DNA of 64,000 nucleotides, taken from Eledone cirrhosa (taxonomy: Eukaryota). The notes below the pieces were generated by a model that saw only the letters and a program-made list of their open reading frames with translations, did not search any database and had not been told where the DNA came from. Location: NCBI GenBank assembly GCA_964016885.1, contig OZ024740.1, positions 65,968,001 to 66,032,000 on the forward strand, read 5' to 3'. Of the stretch, positions 13,396 to 28,392 are shown piece by piece; position 1 is the first letter of the stretch, and each line of letters begins with the position of its first letter. A program made the translations under genes and the position numbers.

Positions 13396-13426
<31 letters not shown>

Positions 13427-13457
13427 TATATATACATACACATACATCCAGATACAC

Positions 13458-13518
<61 letters not shown>

Positions 13519-14067
13519 CGCATACATCCAGATACACACATACATACACACACACACACACGCACACACAATACATACATCCACATGCACACACATACAC
13601 ACACACACACATATACACATACATTACATACACCCACACACAGAGAAATGGCCTCCAAATATATATATATATATATATACATACATACACATATATTTTT
13701 TCCATAATATAAGAAGTTGGGACAGTGAAATTAAAATACAAGTCATTCTGATCACATTGAGTTCTTCATGTAGATTGGGCCCCGCAACCGACAATGGTGA
13801 ATTCTGTCTGCGCATATATATATGGATATATGTGTGTGTACGTGCAGGGTTTAACATGGATGTGTTGGTCACACAAAGGCATGGTCTGTCAACGAATAAA
13901 CCTGATTCTACAGAATTGGTCTCTGGTCTTTAATAGTAGTGATTCCGTGCGTATGTGTGTTTATATTTTATGACAATTCTATTGGGGTGATAACCCGTTT
14001 AGTTTTGGTTTAAATCTGTTAAGGATTAGATTTTCTTATATATTCCATGTGCCATTACCAACCTCAA

Positions 14068-14174
<107 letters not shown>

Positions 14175-15445
14175 GAGGGAGAGAGAGAGAGAGAGAGAGG
14201 TTAATATATGTATGATTATGAAGATGTGTGCATATATGTGTGGAGGGAATGAGAGTCAAGATAAATAGATTGAATGATAAGTAAAATGTACATTTGCTGG
14301 ACAAATATTTATATTATATTTCATTCAGTGTATAGAAATCTCTTTCATCTTGTAATGACAAGACTTGAGCTACGTTAATTTCCCTTTCAGCGAATGCTTT
14401 TGTCACATAGCTCAATAGATATTCGAAAAGCATCCAAGCATGATAAGTCTCAACTATAGTTTCGAAAAGGGCTGCACAATAAGAGAATGAGATTCATACA
14501 GTTATTTTAACCAGCTATCGAAAATTAGACAAGTTAATTTTTAAATTCTCTGGGATATTGTGCTTCGAAATTTTCATATTTTAGTAATTTCATTTCCTCT
14601 CTGCTGTTCAAGTTGCTGCTGCTTTTGTTGTTTAAACCCAGATCTTTCGTAGTCGAACAGATTATTGACGATGGCTTTCTCAAACTTCGTACATGCAAAA
14701 TTCCGAAAGATCTATAATATCTAATGTACATTGGATCTGATTAGAGGGACATATAGACTGCTATAATTAACTGGTAGATATACTGCATAGAATCTTTCTA
14801 TTTGACTGGGTTTGCTATAGTTTTGATGAACGTAGTCATCAAGATATTATCATATACGTATTGATACACACACGTATACACACGCGTATGTGATATGTGT
14901 GTTGAGCGGAAGAGAGGAAAGATAAATAGATTCCATTATATCCGACATATAATGAGGTCAATATTACAATTGATATAGTAAGATACGGATACCAAGAAAT
15001 GTAGTGAAAGTTTTCGTGAACAACATTAAATCAAAATATTATTTCAGGTAATTTGGAGAGCATTCAATTTCGATGCCTGTAAAAGGTAGAGTGTTTAACA
15101 ATTCAGGTCAAATTTGCGTCAACTGCTGAATGGCAAGTGTCTGAAATGAGATATCGTCTCTCATAATATAAATGGAAATTACTACACTTTTTACGTCCTC
15201 TCAGTTTCTATACCTTTTCAGCTTTTGAGTGCTCTTTCCAATATTTCTTCCAACAAAGACCCTGTCTCCGTTGCTATTTCGAATGCCATGAGTAATGCCG
15301 TTTTTTCAAAACTGAAAAAATAAAGTCCAATTAATACATAGCACACTATAATATCGCATACATACAGACGTACATACATGCATAGGGTCATACATACATA
15401 GGGACATACATGCATAGACAAAAACACACACATATATATATATAT

Positions 15446-15850
15446 TGTGGACGTATATGGAATTGTGTGTATGCGTGTGTGTGACTGTGTGTACGTAATA
15501 TGGGACTGCACTTGAACCTGTGTTTGTACGTGTGTACGTGCAACGGTGTGCGTTTGCGAACATATACGCATATGCACTTTATGCTGAAATAAGAATTGTA
15601 GTCCTTTACACTTCTAGATTTTGACACACAGGTGCTTTAGTTTTTCATTTCTTACTCCATGTTTATTTCATTTGTTTTAAAACGCACCCATCTTTTGTTG
15701 GACTGTGTGGACGTAAATAGGTGAATGCACCGAGCCTGTGTTTATACGTGAGCACGCGCAATGATGTGCGTTGGCGGACAATTGCACGTATGTACTCTAT
15801 GCTAAAATAAGAATTGTAATTATTTACAATTCTGGATTCTGACACACATG
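15446..15850. repeat. Diverged tandem duplication (two units about 240-260 bp apart)
   Basis: gtggacgta...cctgtgttt.tacgtg...atgct.aaataagaattgta...gatt.tgacacaca occurs twice. Confidence 0.65.
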
Positions 15851-16029
15851 TTTTGTATTTCATTTTATATTTTTCTAATTTTTGATTTTTTAAATGTTTA
15901 TTGGTTCTAACAGACACGCATTTTTTGTTTGGCATCCCCCACCAGGTGAAGTGGTGGCAGGATAGATGCAGGTTTACACACATAAATTCTTCTGATCATA
16001 GCAGCAGCTTACTAAGGTTGACCTGCTTG

Positions 16030-16545
16030 TTGACCTCTTAACACCACTACCACTACCACCACGGTAAATGAGGCCAGCTGGACTTAAATATTCTGATAAA
16101 AACAACTAGAACAGGTTCATCTGTCTCTGAAGAATTTCTATAGACTTTCGACTGGGAAGTGGTATGATAACTGACCAATGGGGTACGAGCGTGTCCTCTG
16201 ACGCTGATATTCGTTTGTTCTAGCCCATATGATTCCAGTTCCTCGGAGGAATAACTACACACCCATGAGCTGGACTTATCGATGAATTGACAGAGTGGAA
16301 CACATTTCAACATCATGTTTACCTGTTTTTTCTACATTAATGCGTACTGCCTGATGAGGTCACAGCCAATAATAGCTGTCACTGAAATATATATGGCAGA
16401 GAAATTATAATAAACGAAGCCAAATTTAACATGTTTGGCTTACTTATTTTACATTACTCCGGAGTAAACAAACCAATCTGCGTACTTCGTCGAATGCTCT
16501 AACCTGCATACTGAAGTGTCGGTAAACAACCAACACATACTCAAA
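16030..16545 (+). mobile_element. Family A PLE 3' fragment with HHR
   Basis: ctgc-CTGATGA-ggtcacagc..gctgtcact-GAAA-tatata-TG-gcag at 16347-16399 (cleavage triplet mutated). Ends in (TA)n at the same point as 7274. Confidence 0.7.
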
Positions 16546-16554
16546 TTATATATA

Positions 16555-16624
<70 letters not shown>

Positions 16625-16919
16625 GAGAGAATTGGGAGTGTGTAACACTCCACTTATCAAATAGGCAGTATATGGTTAGCTCAATGTCAGAGGACAGAGC
16701 CGTAATACAATTAACAACAAAGAGCGCTTAGAACATAGGTATATCTTTAATTGCTAACAGTGTTTCGTCCACACTAGAAGTGGGAATCTTCAGAGCATAA
16801 AGAGTAAATACATAGTATACAAGCATTGACAAAGCCAAAACAGAAGAATATATGTGGGGATACCATAAGTTGGGAGGAGTTTAAAGAGTAAAGTAAAAGG
16901 AGTAAAATAAGAAAAGAGT

Positions 16920-17115
16920 AAAATAAAAATAAAAATAGAAATAAAAATAAAAATAAAAATAAAAATAAAAATAAAAATAAAAATAAAAATAAAAATAAAA
17001 ATAAAAATAAAAATAAAAATAAAAATAAAAATAAAAATAAAAATAAAAATAAAAATAAAAATAAAAATAAAAATAAAAATAAAAATAAAAATAAAAATAA
17101 AAATAAAAATAAAAA
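16920..17115. repeat. (AAAAAT)n hexamer tract inside PLE-1 3' UTR
   Basis: Directly visible. The mirrored (TTTTTA)n at about 23874-24022 is shorter. Confidence 0.9.
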
Positions 17116-17695
17116 TGAAAAATAAGAAATGTTATCACTCACAGTTGGGCAGGGTTCCGTTAACATACAGCTACATACAAGTATACGCATAAGCATGAGC
17201 ACCCGCATGCACCTACACACAAGCACCCGTATGCAACACATACAGTATACACTAATACAAATAACATATCATAGACGGATGGGCACAAGTTAAGAGATAG
17301 AGATAGATAAAAAATAGATAAGAGGTAGATAAAAAATAGATAAGAGGTACATAAAAAATAGATAAGAGGTAGATAGAAAATAGATAAAAAATAGATAAAT
17401 AATAGATAAGAAATAGATAAAAAATAGATAAAAAATAGATAAAAAATAATAAAATAAAATAAAATAAAATAAAATAAAGTAAAGTATATACACCAGAAGA
17501 TAAATAAAACAATACACCAAAAAAAAATGGAGTAAAATATACACCATAAAGGAAGGTGTGGGTGAAGATAAGACTGGCAAATGCATAAGCTATCAAGCTA
17601 TGTTCAACAAGTGATATACGTACAACATATAAAATACACAAAAATATATACAAAAATATATATAAAAAATATATATAAAAGAGACGTATATATAA

Positions 17696-17757
<62 letters not shown>

Positions 17758-19145
17758 CAGTCCAAGTAATGCATATTTATAAAAATGTAACTGGGGGTAA
17801 AAAGATGTAATAAGGGTAATCAAGATGGTAATTATTAGGGCATGTAATAATAATATTATTATAGAAATCCTAAGGTGACACTAGTGTTGACTCATGGTGA
17901 TATATGGAATATATCAGGAGGACACGAACGCCTTAGGTGTTGTAGTTAGCCGCAGTTCAACAATAGAGTGTTCGAATGAGATTTTTTTATGAACAGATGC
18001 TATGTCCGCACTAGATTGAGTGGACCATTACAATGCAATGGAAACATCCCAGGTTGGACAGTCCCAAAAGTTCACACTCCAAAGTTCAATCCACAGGTGT
18101 GCATTCATAGAGTTGAGCACTCAGGCAAGAATTAATTGGTTAACAAGGTGTATCCGTATCACAAGCAGGAGCATATGCTGGGAAGGTTGCAGGCAAATTC
18201 ATATACAGCAGCACGAACATCAAGAGGCAAATAACTGAGGCGCATATTAGTGAGCAGAAGCAGGCAAGTGCAGGTGGTAAAACACAGTCAGGTGAAGCAG
18301 GTTGTTATGCATACCATTTAATATAAGAAAACTCAACAACGTTCACAACAAATAGCTTCCAAAGCCGATAACCACAAAATCACAACATTGAGCAACAATC
18401 CGGCATCGCAAGAATGTACGCAACATTAGGGTTAGCCCAGAGACAGTATATGTATACTTATACATACACACATACACACATACATGTATATACAGAGACA
18501 GTATACATACACATATATACAGAGACAGTATATATATATATATATATACACATACACGTATATACACATAAATATATACATACACACACACACACACACC
18601 GCACCGGACACCCAAATCTACGCGGATATATTACACAAAATATCTTACCCAGCTAACAGAAGTCAAAAACCCATAACAGTTGCTCTCACTGGTCGCAGAT
18701 AATGTAGTTTCACAGTAAATTAGCCAGAGTAATCATGATTAATATTCCAAATAAAACCTTATGAGGAGATGCGTATTTACACGTGTAGTCACCAGATTCA
18801 AGTATAAACAAACCGTTAATAAATACGGAAGGCTATCGGGGCCAAAACGTTATTCTTGAGAGAATAACACAGAGCGTCAATCTATGGAAGACCAACTATG
18901 CCAAAAATACAACACCGGGCAAAAACACCCCAAAGTCAGCATGTAGACTGTGAACCGCAGAATAGGAGGGTAACACATACATGTACTCCATATCTACTGC
19001 CCACGGCGAGATGGCACAGGTCAGCTCACAGTGACTGGCTAAATCTCCGTCCCATATGGGCACAGGCCCATTGGTTCACTCCGAGTCAACAAGGTAATTT
19101 AAATAAACTAAAATAACATAAAATGCGAGGGGCAGGTTAAATATT

Positions 19146-20681
19146 CGGTGGCGTGCGTTCCATTTTGATAAGAAGTATGATAACCCTGATGATAAGTGTA
19201 GTTTTAATAATTATGGCTTTAAGACATATAGGAGCCCCCCACACAATAGCCTATTGGATAATTTCGAAAGTGAGCTGTTATCCCTTGTCAGGAATATTAG
19301 GTATAAAAAATCTAGATGTACCAATAAGTTTCAGAGTAAACTCGGTTCTATCGTTAAGGACTTTAAGGATAATAAATCTATTCTGGTCCCTTCCGACAAA
19401 ACTAAAAACCTGTATAGTATGGACTATAAAACTTATCGTGGCTTCATTTATAATGAACTACATAGGAACTACAAAAAACAACGCAGAGTAATTTAGATAA
19501 TATTAATCTAGAGGGGTATAACATAGTAGTCAAATTAGGTCTAGATAAACACACTCAACCATATTATCCCAAACAGCCTAGATTCAACCTTAAGGACCAT
19601 AAGGAAAACTTTATTAGTAGCCCCTCAGTTAGGCTTATCTGCCCCTCCAAGTCTGATTTGGGGATTATAAGTAAGAGAATCTTAGATAGCGTAATTCCCC
19701 TGGTTAAAGAAAAAACATTCCTTGAGCTTTGGGGTAATACTAGTGAAGTCATGAGGTGGTTTTCTACGGATTGTGGGCGTGATTCGCTTAGGTTTATCCT
19801 ATTTGATATTGATGCTTATTATACATCTATATCTCCTATCATCCTCAATAAGGCCCTTATCCTAGCCATGCAGAGAGGGGTCATTACACGGCCACAGATA
19901 GATATCGTTCTCGCTGCACGTAAAACCATCATTATATTTGAGGATAATTTATGGACGAGAAAAAACACACCGGATAATTTTGACATTACTATGGGGTCAA
20001 GTGATTCTGCTCAGGTCACCGACTTAGTTGGGCTCTACCTCCTTACTGAACTACATAGTAACTTCCCATTCCTTAGGGGTGGGTTGTACCGTGATGATGC
20101 CCTACTCTCCATAGATGCTAGCAAGTATAATATAGTGCGCATTAGGAAAAAGCTGTATAAATTCTTTAAAACCTTCAATCTGTCCATTACTATGGATATA
20201 AATGATAGGACTGTCAACTTCCTTGATGTTACATTGGACTTAGGTAACCATACGTACACACCGCACCATAAACCTAATGAATTGCTGACTTATGTGAATA
20301 CTAACTCCAACCACCCTAAGTTGGTCATCAGTGGTATATTGAAGGGGGTCTCTAACAGAATAAGTTCACTCTCACATAGCGAAGAGGCGTTTAACTCGCA
20401 GGCTGATTATTATAATGATGCCTTAGCTAGATCCGGCTTTAGGGACAAATTACATTATGCCCAGGGTAATAATAGTCCAAATAGTAGCTCTACCAGTGTT
20501 GTTATAACACATCATATGTCAATCGGTAATAGAGGTGTTTCGAACATGAGGGTTTTGAATACCGGTAAAATGCACCAACAGGGTACCAATGGACTAAGTA
20601 ACAATAACGGTAGGCCTCTTAGCTCCCCGCATAGATTAGGTAAACATAGTAACCTTAGCAATGGAATTAATAATAATAATA

Positions 20682-20724
<43 letters not shown>

Positions 20725-21481
20725 TAAAAAGAATAGAAGAAGATTGAATACATATTTTAACCCCCCATTTAACTCCGAAGTGGCTACGAATATTCCTAGG
20801 GCCTTCTTTGTGTTAGAAAGGAACTTCCCTTCTGGTAATAGGTACCATTCTATCCGCAATAAGAATGCGGTTAAACTCTCGTATTCTACAACCCCAAATC
20901 TGGCCTCTCATCTAGCCAATACCAATAATAAGAAAATTAAGGAAGGCCTCGACACCTTACGCCTAGGGGAAAACATTGGAGTCGACAGAGGTAGCCTGAA
21001 TACCCGTGGTCAGCAAGCTGGTGATCATTTAGATAATAGCATCACCAGAAATTGTAACTGTAGAAGGGCTTCGGGCTGCCCCCTGAATGGTTTCTGCCTT
21101 ACTAGAAACATAGTTTATGCGTGTGATGTGGTAACTACTGCGTCCACTAAAACTTATATTGGATCAACTTCCACCCCTTTTAAAACCAGATTTAACTCTC
21201 ACCAGTGTACATTTAGACATAATAAACTGAAGAATTCTACCTCCTTGGCAGCGCACGTCCACAATTTAAAAAATGCACGAACACAGTACACCCTCACTTG
21301 GCGGCAAGTTGCTAAATCCCATCCATATACTCCTCATAATAGAGTATGTAACCTATGCCTTACGGAATCCCACTCTATTATATTTGCCAAGTGCTCGCTA
21401 CTAAATAGAAAGTCGGAAATATTTTCCTCCTGCCCCCACCGGATATTAAGCTCTTTCTTTTACTTTAAGCCTATTAGCTAG
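19146..21481 (+). CDS. Penelope-like RT + GIY-YIG endonuclease (5'-truncated, one frameshift near 19475)
   Basis: RWRAF..GFKT..PP, VPSDKTKNLY, KDHKENF..RLICPSKSDLG, FDIDAYYTSI, DITMGSSD, GLYRDD, NFLDVTL, CNCx5CP..C, VY..YIGST..FKTRF..H, CNLCLTE, LLNRKSE, CPH. Confidence 0.9.
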
Positions 21482-23257
21482 CACTTTCAGAATTCTCCAG
21501 TTGGGTAATCTAGTGTAATTGTCTCCTATTGTTTGTCTTGTTTGTATATATGTCTGTGTGTATATGTATGCCTGCATGTGAATATGGAATTTGGATATCG
21601 AGGTGTATACGTGAGTTGGTGTATATGTTAATAAGCACCCTTGTTCGGTACAGTGGATGTGACCCTTCCATACTTGCCCAGCCACCGTGTGTGTGTTTGT
21701 GCATTGGTGGGTCTATCCTAACGTGTATTGTATGGATTTGTACCTTTGTATGCTCATGAGTTGTGATGTAATACATCTATGTAGAGTGTGTACTGCGTTA
21801 TAAGATGCACAATTGATAATATTTAACCTGCCCCTCGCATTTTATCTTATTTTAGTTTATTTAAATTACCTTGTTGACTCGGAGTGAACCAATGGGCCTG
21901 TGCCCATATGGGACGGAGATTTAGCCAGTCACTGTGAGCTGACCTGTGCCATCTCGCCGTGGGCAGTAGATATGGAGTACATGTATGTGTTACCCTCCTA
22001 TTCTGCGGTTCACAGTCTACATGCTGACTTTGGGGTGTTTTTGCCCGGTGTTGTATTTTTGGCATAGTTGGTCTTCCATAGATTGATGCTCTGTGTTATT
22101 ATCCCAAGAATAACGTTTTGGCCCCGATAGTCTTCCGTATTTATTAACGGTTTGTTTATACTTGAATCTGGTGACTACACGTGTGAATACGCATCTCCTC
22201 ATAAGGTTTTATTTTGAATATTAATCGTGATTACTCTGGCTAATTTACTGTGAAACTACATTATCTGCGACCAGTGAGAGCAACTGTTATGGGTTTTTGA
22301 CTTTTGTTAGCTGGGTAAGATATTGTGTGTAATATATCCGCGTAGATTTGGGTGTCCGGTGCGGTGTGTGTGAGTGTGTGTATGTATATATTTATGTGTA
22401 TATACGTGTATGTGTATATATATATATATATATATATACTGTCTCTGTATATATGTGTATGTATACTGTCTCTGTATATACATGTCTGTGCGTATGTGTG
22501 TATGTATATGTATACATATACTGTCTCTGGACTAACCCTAATGTTGCGTACATTCTTGCGATGCCGGATTGTTGCTCAATGTTGTGATTTTGTGGTTATC
22601 GGCTTTGGAAGCTATTTGTTGTGAACGTTGTTGAGTTTTCTTATATTAAATGGTATGCATAACAACCTGCTTCACCCGACTGTGTTTTACCACCTGCACT
22701 TGCCTGCTTCTGCTCACTAATATGCGCCTCAGTTATTTGCCTCTTGATGTTCGTGCTGCTGTATATGAATTTGCCTGCAACCTTCCCAGCATATGCTCCT
22801 GCTTGTAATACGGATACACCTTGTTAACCAATTAATTCTTGCCTGAGTGCTCAAATCTATGAATACACATCTGTGTATTGAACTTTGGAGTGTGAACTTT
22901 TTGGAATTGCCCAACCGCTCAACTCTATGAATGCACACCTGTGGATTGAACTTTGGAGTGTGAACTTTTGGGACTGTCCAACCTGGGATGTTTCCATTGC
23001 ATTGTAATGGTCCACTCAATCTAGTTCGGACATAGCATCTGTTCATAAAAAATCTCATTCGAACACTCTATTGTTGAACTGCGGCTAACTGCAACACCTA
23101 AGGCGTTCGTGTGCTCCTGATATATTCCATATATCACCATGAGTCAACACTAGTGTCACCTTAGGATTTCTATAATAATATTATTATTACATGCCCTAAT
23201 AATTACCATCTTGATTACCCCCAGTTACATTTTTATAAATATGCATTACTTGGACTG

Positions 23258-23301
<44 letters not shown>

Positions 23302-24143
23302 TTATATATACGTCTCTTTTATATATATTTTTTATATATATTTTTGTATATATGTTTGTGTATTTTATATGTTGTACGTATATCACTTGTTGAACATAGC
23401 TTGATAGCTTATGCATTTGCCAGTCTTATCTTCACCCAACCTTCCTTTATGGTGTATATTTTACTCCATTTTTTTTGGTGTATTGTTTTATTTATCTTCT
23501 GGTGTATATTTTACTTTACTTTATTTTATTTTATTTTATTTTATTTTATTTTATTTTTTATTTTTTATTTTTTATCTTTTATCTATTTTTTATCTATTTT
23601 TTATCTATTTCTTATCTATTTTATATCTATTTTTTAATCTATTTTTTATCCATTTTTTATCTACCTCTTATCTATTTTTTATCTATCTCTATCTCTTAAC
23701 TTGTGCCCATCCGTCTATGATATGTTATTTGTATTAGTGTATACTGCATGTGTTGCATACGGGTGCTTGTGTGTAGTTGCATGCGGGTGCTCATGCTTAT
23801 GCGTATACTTGTATGTAGCTGTATGTTAACGGAACCCTGCCCAACTGTGAGTGATAACATTTCTTATTTTTCATTTTTATTTTTATTTTTATTTTTATTT
23901 TTATTTTTATTTTTATTTTTATTTTTATTTTTATTTTTATTTTTATTTTTATTTTTATTTTTATTTTTATTTTTATTTTTATTTTTATTTTTATTTTTAT
24001 TTTTATTTTTATTTTTATTTTACTCTTTTCTTATTTTACTCCTTTTACTTTACTCTTTAAACTCCTCCCAACTTATGGTATCCCCACATATATACTTCTG
24101 TTTTGGCTTTGTCAATGCTTGTATACTATGTATTTACTCTTTA

Positions 24144-24189
24144 TGCTCTGAAGAGACCCACTTCTAGTGTGGACGAAACACTGTTAGCA
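24144..24189 (+). ncRNA. Type I HHR of PLE-1
   Basis: tgct-CTGAAGA-gacccac(ttctagt)gtggac-GAAA-cactg-TT-agca followed by ATTAAA. Mirror at 16752-16797(-). Confidence 0.8.
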
Positions 24190-24399
24190 ATTAAAGATAT
24201 ACCTATATTCTAAGCGCTCTTTGTTGTTAATTGTATATATATATATATATATATATATGTATGCATAATCTATACCAATTTATACCTGGGCGGGTCATTG
24301 GGGTAGAATCCACAAGTTCTTTTCCAGAGGGTATTGTCAGAACTAACCATCTCAAATTGATTCGGCTGGATCCTCAAGCGAGCCGAGGCTAGACTTAGG

Positions 24400-25080
24400 A
24401 TGTTTTCCAGCCATCATGATCGTGTTTAATCCTGGGTCTCCTACCGGATCGTTTTTCCCGGAAATAAATTTCAGCGATTTTTTCCTGAGACATTCCAACC
24501 CCTGTCCTTAATGTGGTAGTAGTGATAGATCGCTTTAGAAAGGTAGCGGGTCTAACATAAGCATCTCTCTGATCCTTAAGCTACGCACTCAGTCGAGTAA
24601 CGTTATTCCAAGAATTCTTCGGTAGTACCCCATTTCAGCCGCTTGTATACGCGATCTTACTCTTTCGGTCATTAGTCTAGATGTATTGCATTGGTAATTT
24701 TAACACAATACTTAATTGCTCACTTCTTCTGATGACCGAATGCTGAAGCTGGCGCATTAAAGTACCGGATACTGCAATTCTTACATTTAATTATGCTTTG
24801 AGAGTACATGTGTCTCAGTAATCACAACACTGTATTTCATTGCTGACAAGCAGCATTCGACAAAAACCGAGTCACAATGGATGTCAGAGACCACATTCAG
24901 TTTCGTTACGTAGTAACACGCCATCCGCAAATTGAAGCATACCACTTCCAACCCGGATGCGCATGTCAATCTTGTCCATGGAGAGAATTATGAATAGTAG
25001 ATGTGACAGTACGTAACCTTGTTTGAATCTGACACCCATGTTTAATATATTTCGAATTAGTACCATTTACCTGAACAGAA
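24400..25080 (-). pseudogene. Decayed RTE-like RT fragment
   Basis: GVRFKQGYVLSHLLFIILSMD...LQFADGV resembles GVRQGCVLSPLLF..MD...FADD. Confidence 0.6.
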
Positions 25081-26446
25081 ATTGTATACATATGTGTATG
25101 TGTGTGAAGGTGTAATGAGATTCAATGTTTGAACTAAGTCAGACAAATATTGTATTTTGAAATTTAACTAGTGTTCATGCCGGCATATAATAATTTGAGA
25201 AACGCTGTTATTAATTCGAGAGACTGCCAATTTAAAATACAATCTCATATGAGTTTCAAATAGCATGTTGTATATAAAAAGAAATCTTAAACCCGATTTC
25301 CAATATTTTCTAAAACATGAAATATATAAGTTTACATTGAAAACGTATTGGTAGCAATCTTTTTGACATAACTTGGCACACAGCCAGCTTAAGTTCGTAA
25401 TGTACAATTAACAGTTTAAAATTGAAGAATAGTGAGAATCTTCTAAGTGCTCTGTATCTTTTAAATGTAACGTAAATGCAGAGATTCATGTATATGTTTC
25501 ATAGATTTTTAACGATTAGGAAAGTAAGAGGCTATGATTGCATCAGTAATTTCGCTAGGAAATTGTTTCATATGAATCATTCTGAATTTCCTAGTATAAA
25601 TATCTAATAATTAGAAATAAGCATGTGATTTAATTTCAATTACCAATGAATCAGAGTGTAGAGAAACATATTAAGTACACATTCGTACTCTTAACTATCC
25701 TATTGTTACTTTCATTACGTCAAAGGTTGAGAAAATGTGTTCCCTGATCTCATATCGAGAGTGAATTAGTGCGAACAGGTTTTACAGATAAAACATGACA
25801 TCATGACGAAAGCGTATACAAAGAACCAGATTGAAAGAGTAATTGAATATATTTTATAAAATAGTTGGATTTAGGAAACTCACGTCCGAATGTTATGGAT
25901 ACCTACCAAAAAAGAGCTTTAACCAGCAGATCAGTTGCAAAGATCGACTATAACAGCATTGTGGTTACATCAATGGAAACACGAGCAAAATATGCCTTGA
26001 GGTGGATGAAGCACTACGACAGAGAATTAGTAATAAATAACAAACACGAGTGTGCACGTAGTTGAATTCAACAATCCTGTGCTCAATTAGGTGCCCAGCA
26101 CTATTTGTTAGACAAGTTGTACTTTCCTTGTCCAAATTCTGACATTATTAAATTTGCATATCATCTCTTCCGTGATTTATAAAATAAGCATTGCTGTACT
26201 GTGCAGGCATATACTAGGGTCGAGTATATAAAGGCATATCTTAAACTCACTCTTTTGGGGGAGGCATACCACGGCTTTTAAAACAGCTTGGTATAAGAAA
26301 GACAACACTTTCCTTTTTATTTAACAATGACCCATTACATTTTGTTCAGGCCTAACTTTCAACATGCTGGAGACTATCTATTAAACATTTAAATTATGTA
26401 TTACGCACAATTCATTGGACGGTCCAGCATTAAGTACAACCACAAA

Positions 26447-26640
26447 GGGCGGTCGATTGGCAGTATCGGTAGATGGTCGGACGCCCTTCTTTGAAGCATA
26501 GAGTTACCTCCCTTTATGATCTGAGTTCAAATCCCGCCGAGGTTAACTTTGCCTTTCATCCTTATAGGGTCTATAAAATAAAGTACCAGTAATACACTGG
26601 GATAATTGCTGGCCTTGTGCCAAAACTAGAAACAATTAAT
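26447..26640 (+). mobile_element. tRNA-derived SINE
   Basis: A-box-like TGGCAGTATCGG, B-box GAGTTCAAATCC, shared tail gctggccttgtgcc..agaaacaatt. Confidence 0.8.
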
Positions 26641-28019
26641 TACAACCACAAATCCGATGATTCTATGTACTCATTTGACTAGCTGTTACAGCCAGTTCTA
26701 CTTCAATACACATTAGTGTTTCGGAAAAGAAAATAATTAATGACGTCCTGGGATCCCTGCACATAGGTAAAACTCACGATAGGCAATGCTTTAATGCTTT
26801 TGATCATAGGCTTGATCATTCGGGATGAACAGGGGCTAAAGTACAACTAGGTTACAATACAGCATATTTGTTCAGAGATACATATTGACTCCGTCACTAC
26901 ACTGGATGCTGCACATTATAGGAGACTGTAGAAACTCTCTTCTTGTCTCGTATATGCCATTTTATTGGTGCCTGGAAATATTGAAATAATATAAAACTTT
27001 GCAGCCATCAATAGGCCCAGGCCACATGTGACATCAATAGGCCCAGGCCACGTGCGAATGTAGCACTATCTAAAACTGCTCATTGCGTATTTTAGTAATT
27101 GGTGCTAAATACATAACATTAGGTACCCGTTATAAGAGAACAGAATAAAATAAAACGATTTATTTTTAAAAGAACAACTCCTTATAAACTAATCCCTTAT
27201 TACCTCTAAAAGATCCCATTAAACTTATAGGCTCAGGTTGATAGGAGCCCTATCACTGTTTCTCATTGTGCACATCTTTGGCAATCTCAGAACAGTGCTA
27301 GCCCCAACCCCTGCGGATTGAGACCTCGGTTGGTGAAATATCTGTGGCAAATGCCCCGTTTGTCACTGTATAAATCTGACCGTGCGTACGACTGGCTTTC
27401 AAACAATTTTCGTCCACCAAATTTCCTTCATACATCGTCTTCACGTTGTTTGTGTTTACGTCCTAGATCTGCAAAAAGTAGCAGTAACATTGCCGTTCCA
27501 AGATCCTCCACCACCGAAGAGATTTTGATGTTCTATTTCAGTCAACACTATTGAAATAACATTTACTGTCAATGCCACGAAGTACAATCGAACCCCTGAC
27601 GTTATAATGGTAAACCACTTAACGAATCAAGCATTTTGCATTCAACCTTATTACATGCATATACACAGAAACTTATCCTCCCTATCTTCTCGCTCTCTTT
27701 CTCTCCCTATCACACACCTACACAAATACGTGTTCACTCACAATCGAAAGTACGTCAACATCACAAATAAACATACCTCTAAGCAAATACTCATGACGAG
27801 CCAGCAAGGGAGACTCTACATGATCCTTAAAAAGCACCCGGAGAGGAGGGTGTTATGAAAATATAATATAAGGGGCGGGAGTAATGAGAGGTGTCTCTTT
27901 AGAAATCAGTTATTGAATAGTGTATGTTCGTAAATATGGGATTTCTTGTAATGTTCTTCTTTCGTCAAATATGTGAGTTTTTTTTAAATCTAAAATAAGA
28001 TTATTATTAGGATGCTTAG

Positions 28020-28392
28020 AGGGCGGTGGATTAGCAGTATCGGTAGGGAGTCGGTTAACATGCTTTGTAGCATAGAGTTACGGCTCTTTATGATCTGAGC
28101 TCAAATCCCGCCGAGGTTAACTTTACCTTTCATCCTTACGGGGTCGATAAAATAAAGTATCAGTCACGCACTGAGGTCGATTTAATCGACTTTCCCGTCC
28201 CCCAAATTTGCTGGCCTTGTGCCTATATAAGAAATCCATTATTAGGACGCATAGGGTTACAGCCATTGCCATTCTGAGTTCAAATCCCGCCGAGGTTAAC
28301 TTTGCCTTTCATCCTTACGGGGTCGATAAATTTAAGTACCAGTATTGCACTGGGTAATTACTGGCCTTGTGCCAAATGTAGAAACAATTATT
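28020..28392 (+). mobile_element. Two adjacent SINE copies (full and 5'-truncated)
   Basis: Same head, B box and tail as 26447. The second copy starts near 28250. Confidence 0.8.

Larger units (their letters stand above)
16621..24236 (+). mobile_element. PLE-1: Naiad-like Penelope element with about 2.4-kb inverted 3' arm
   Basis: 16705-19145 is the reverse complement of 21818-24236, with the RT-EN ORF between. (TA)n at both ends and an HHR in each arm. Confidence 0.9.

Noticed and set aside
16621-24236. DNA transposon with long TIRs, or DIRS/LTR element
   Set aside because: The enclosed protein is a Penelope RT-GIY-YIG with no transposase, tyrosine recombinase or integrase. The arms are copies of the 3' UTR.
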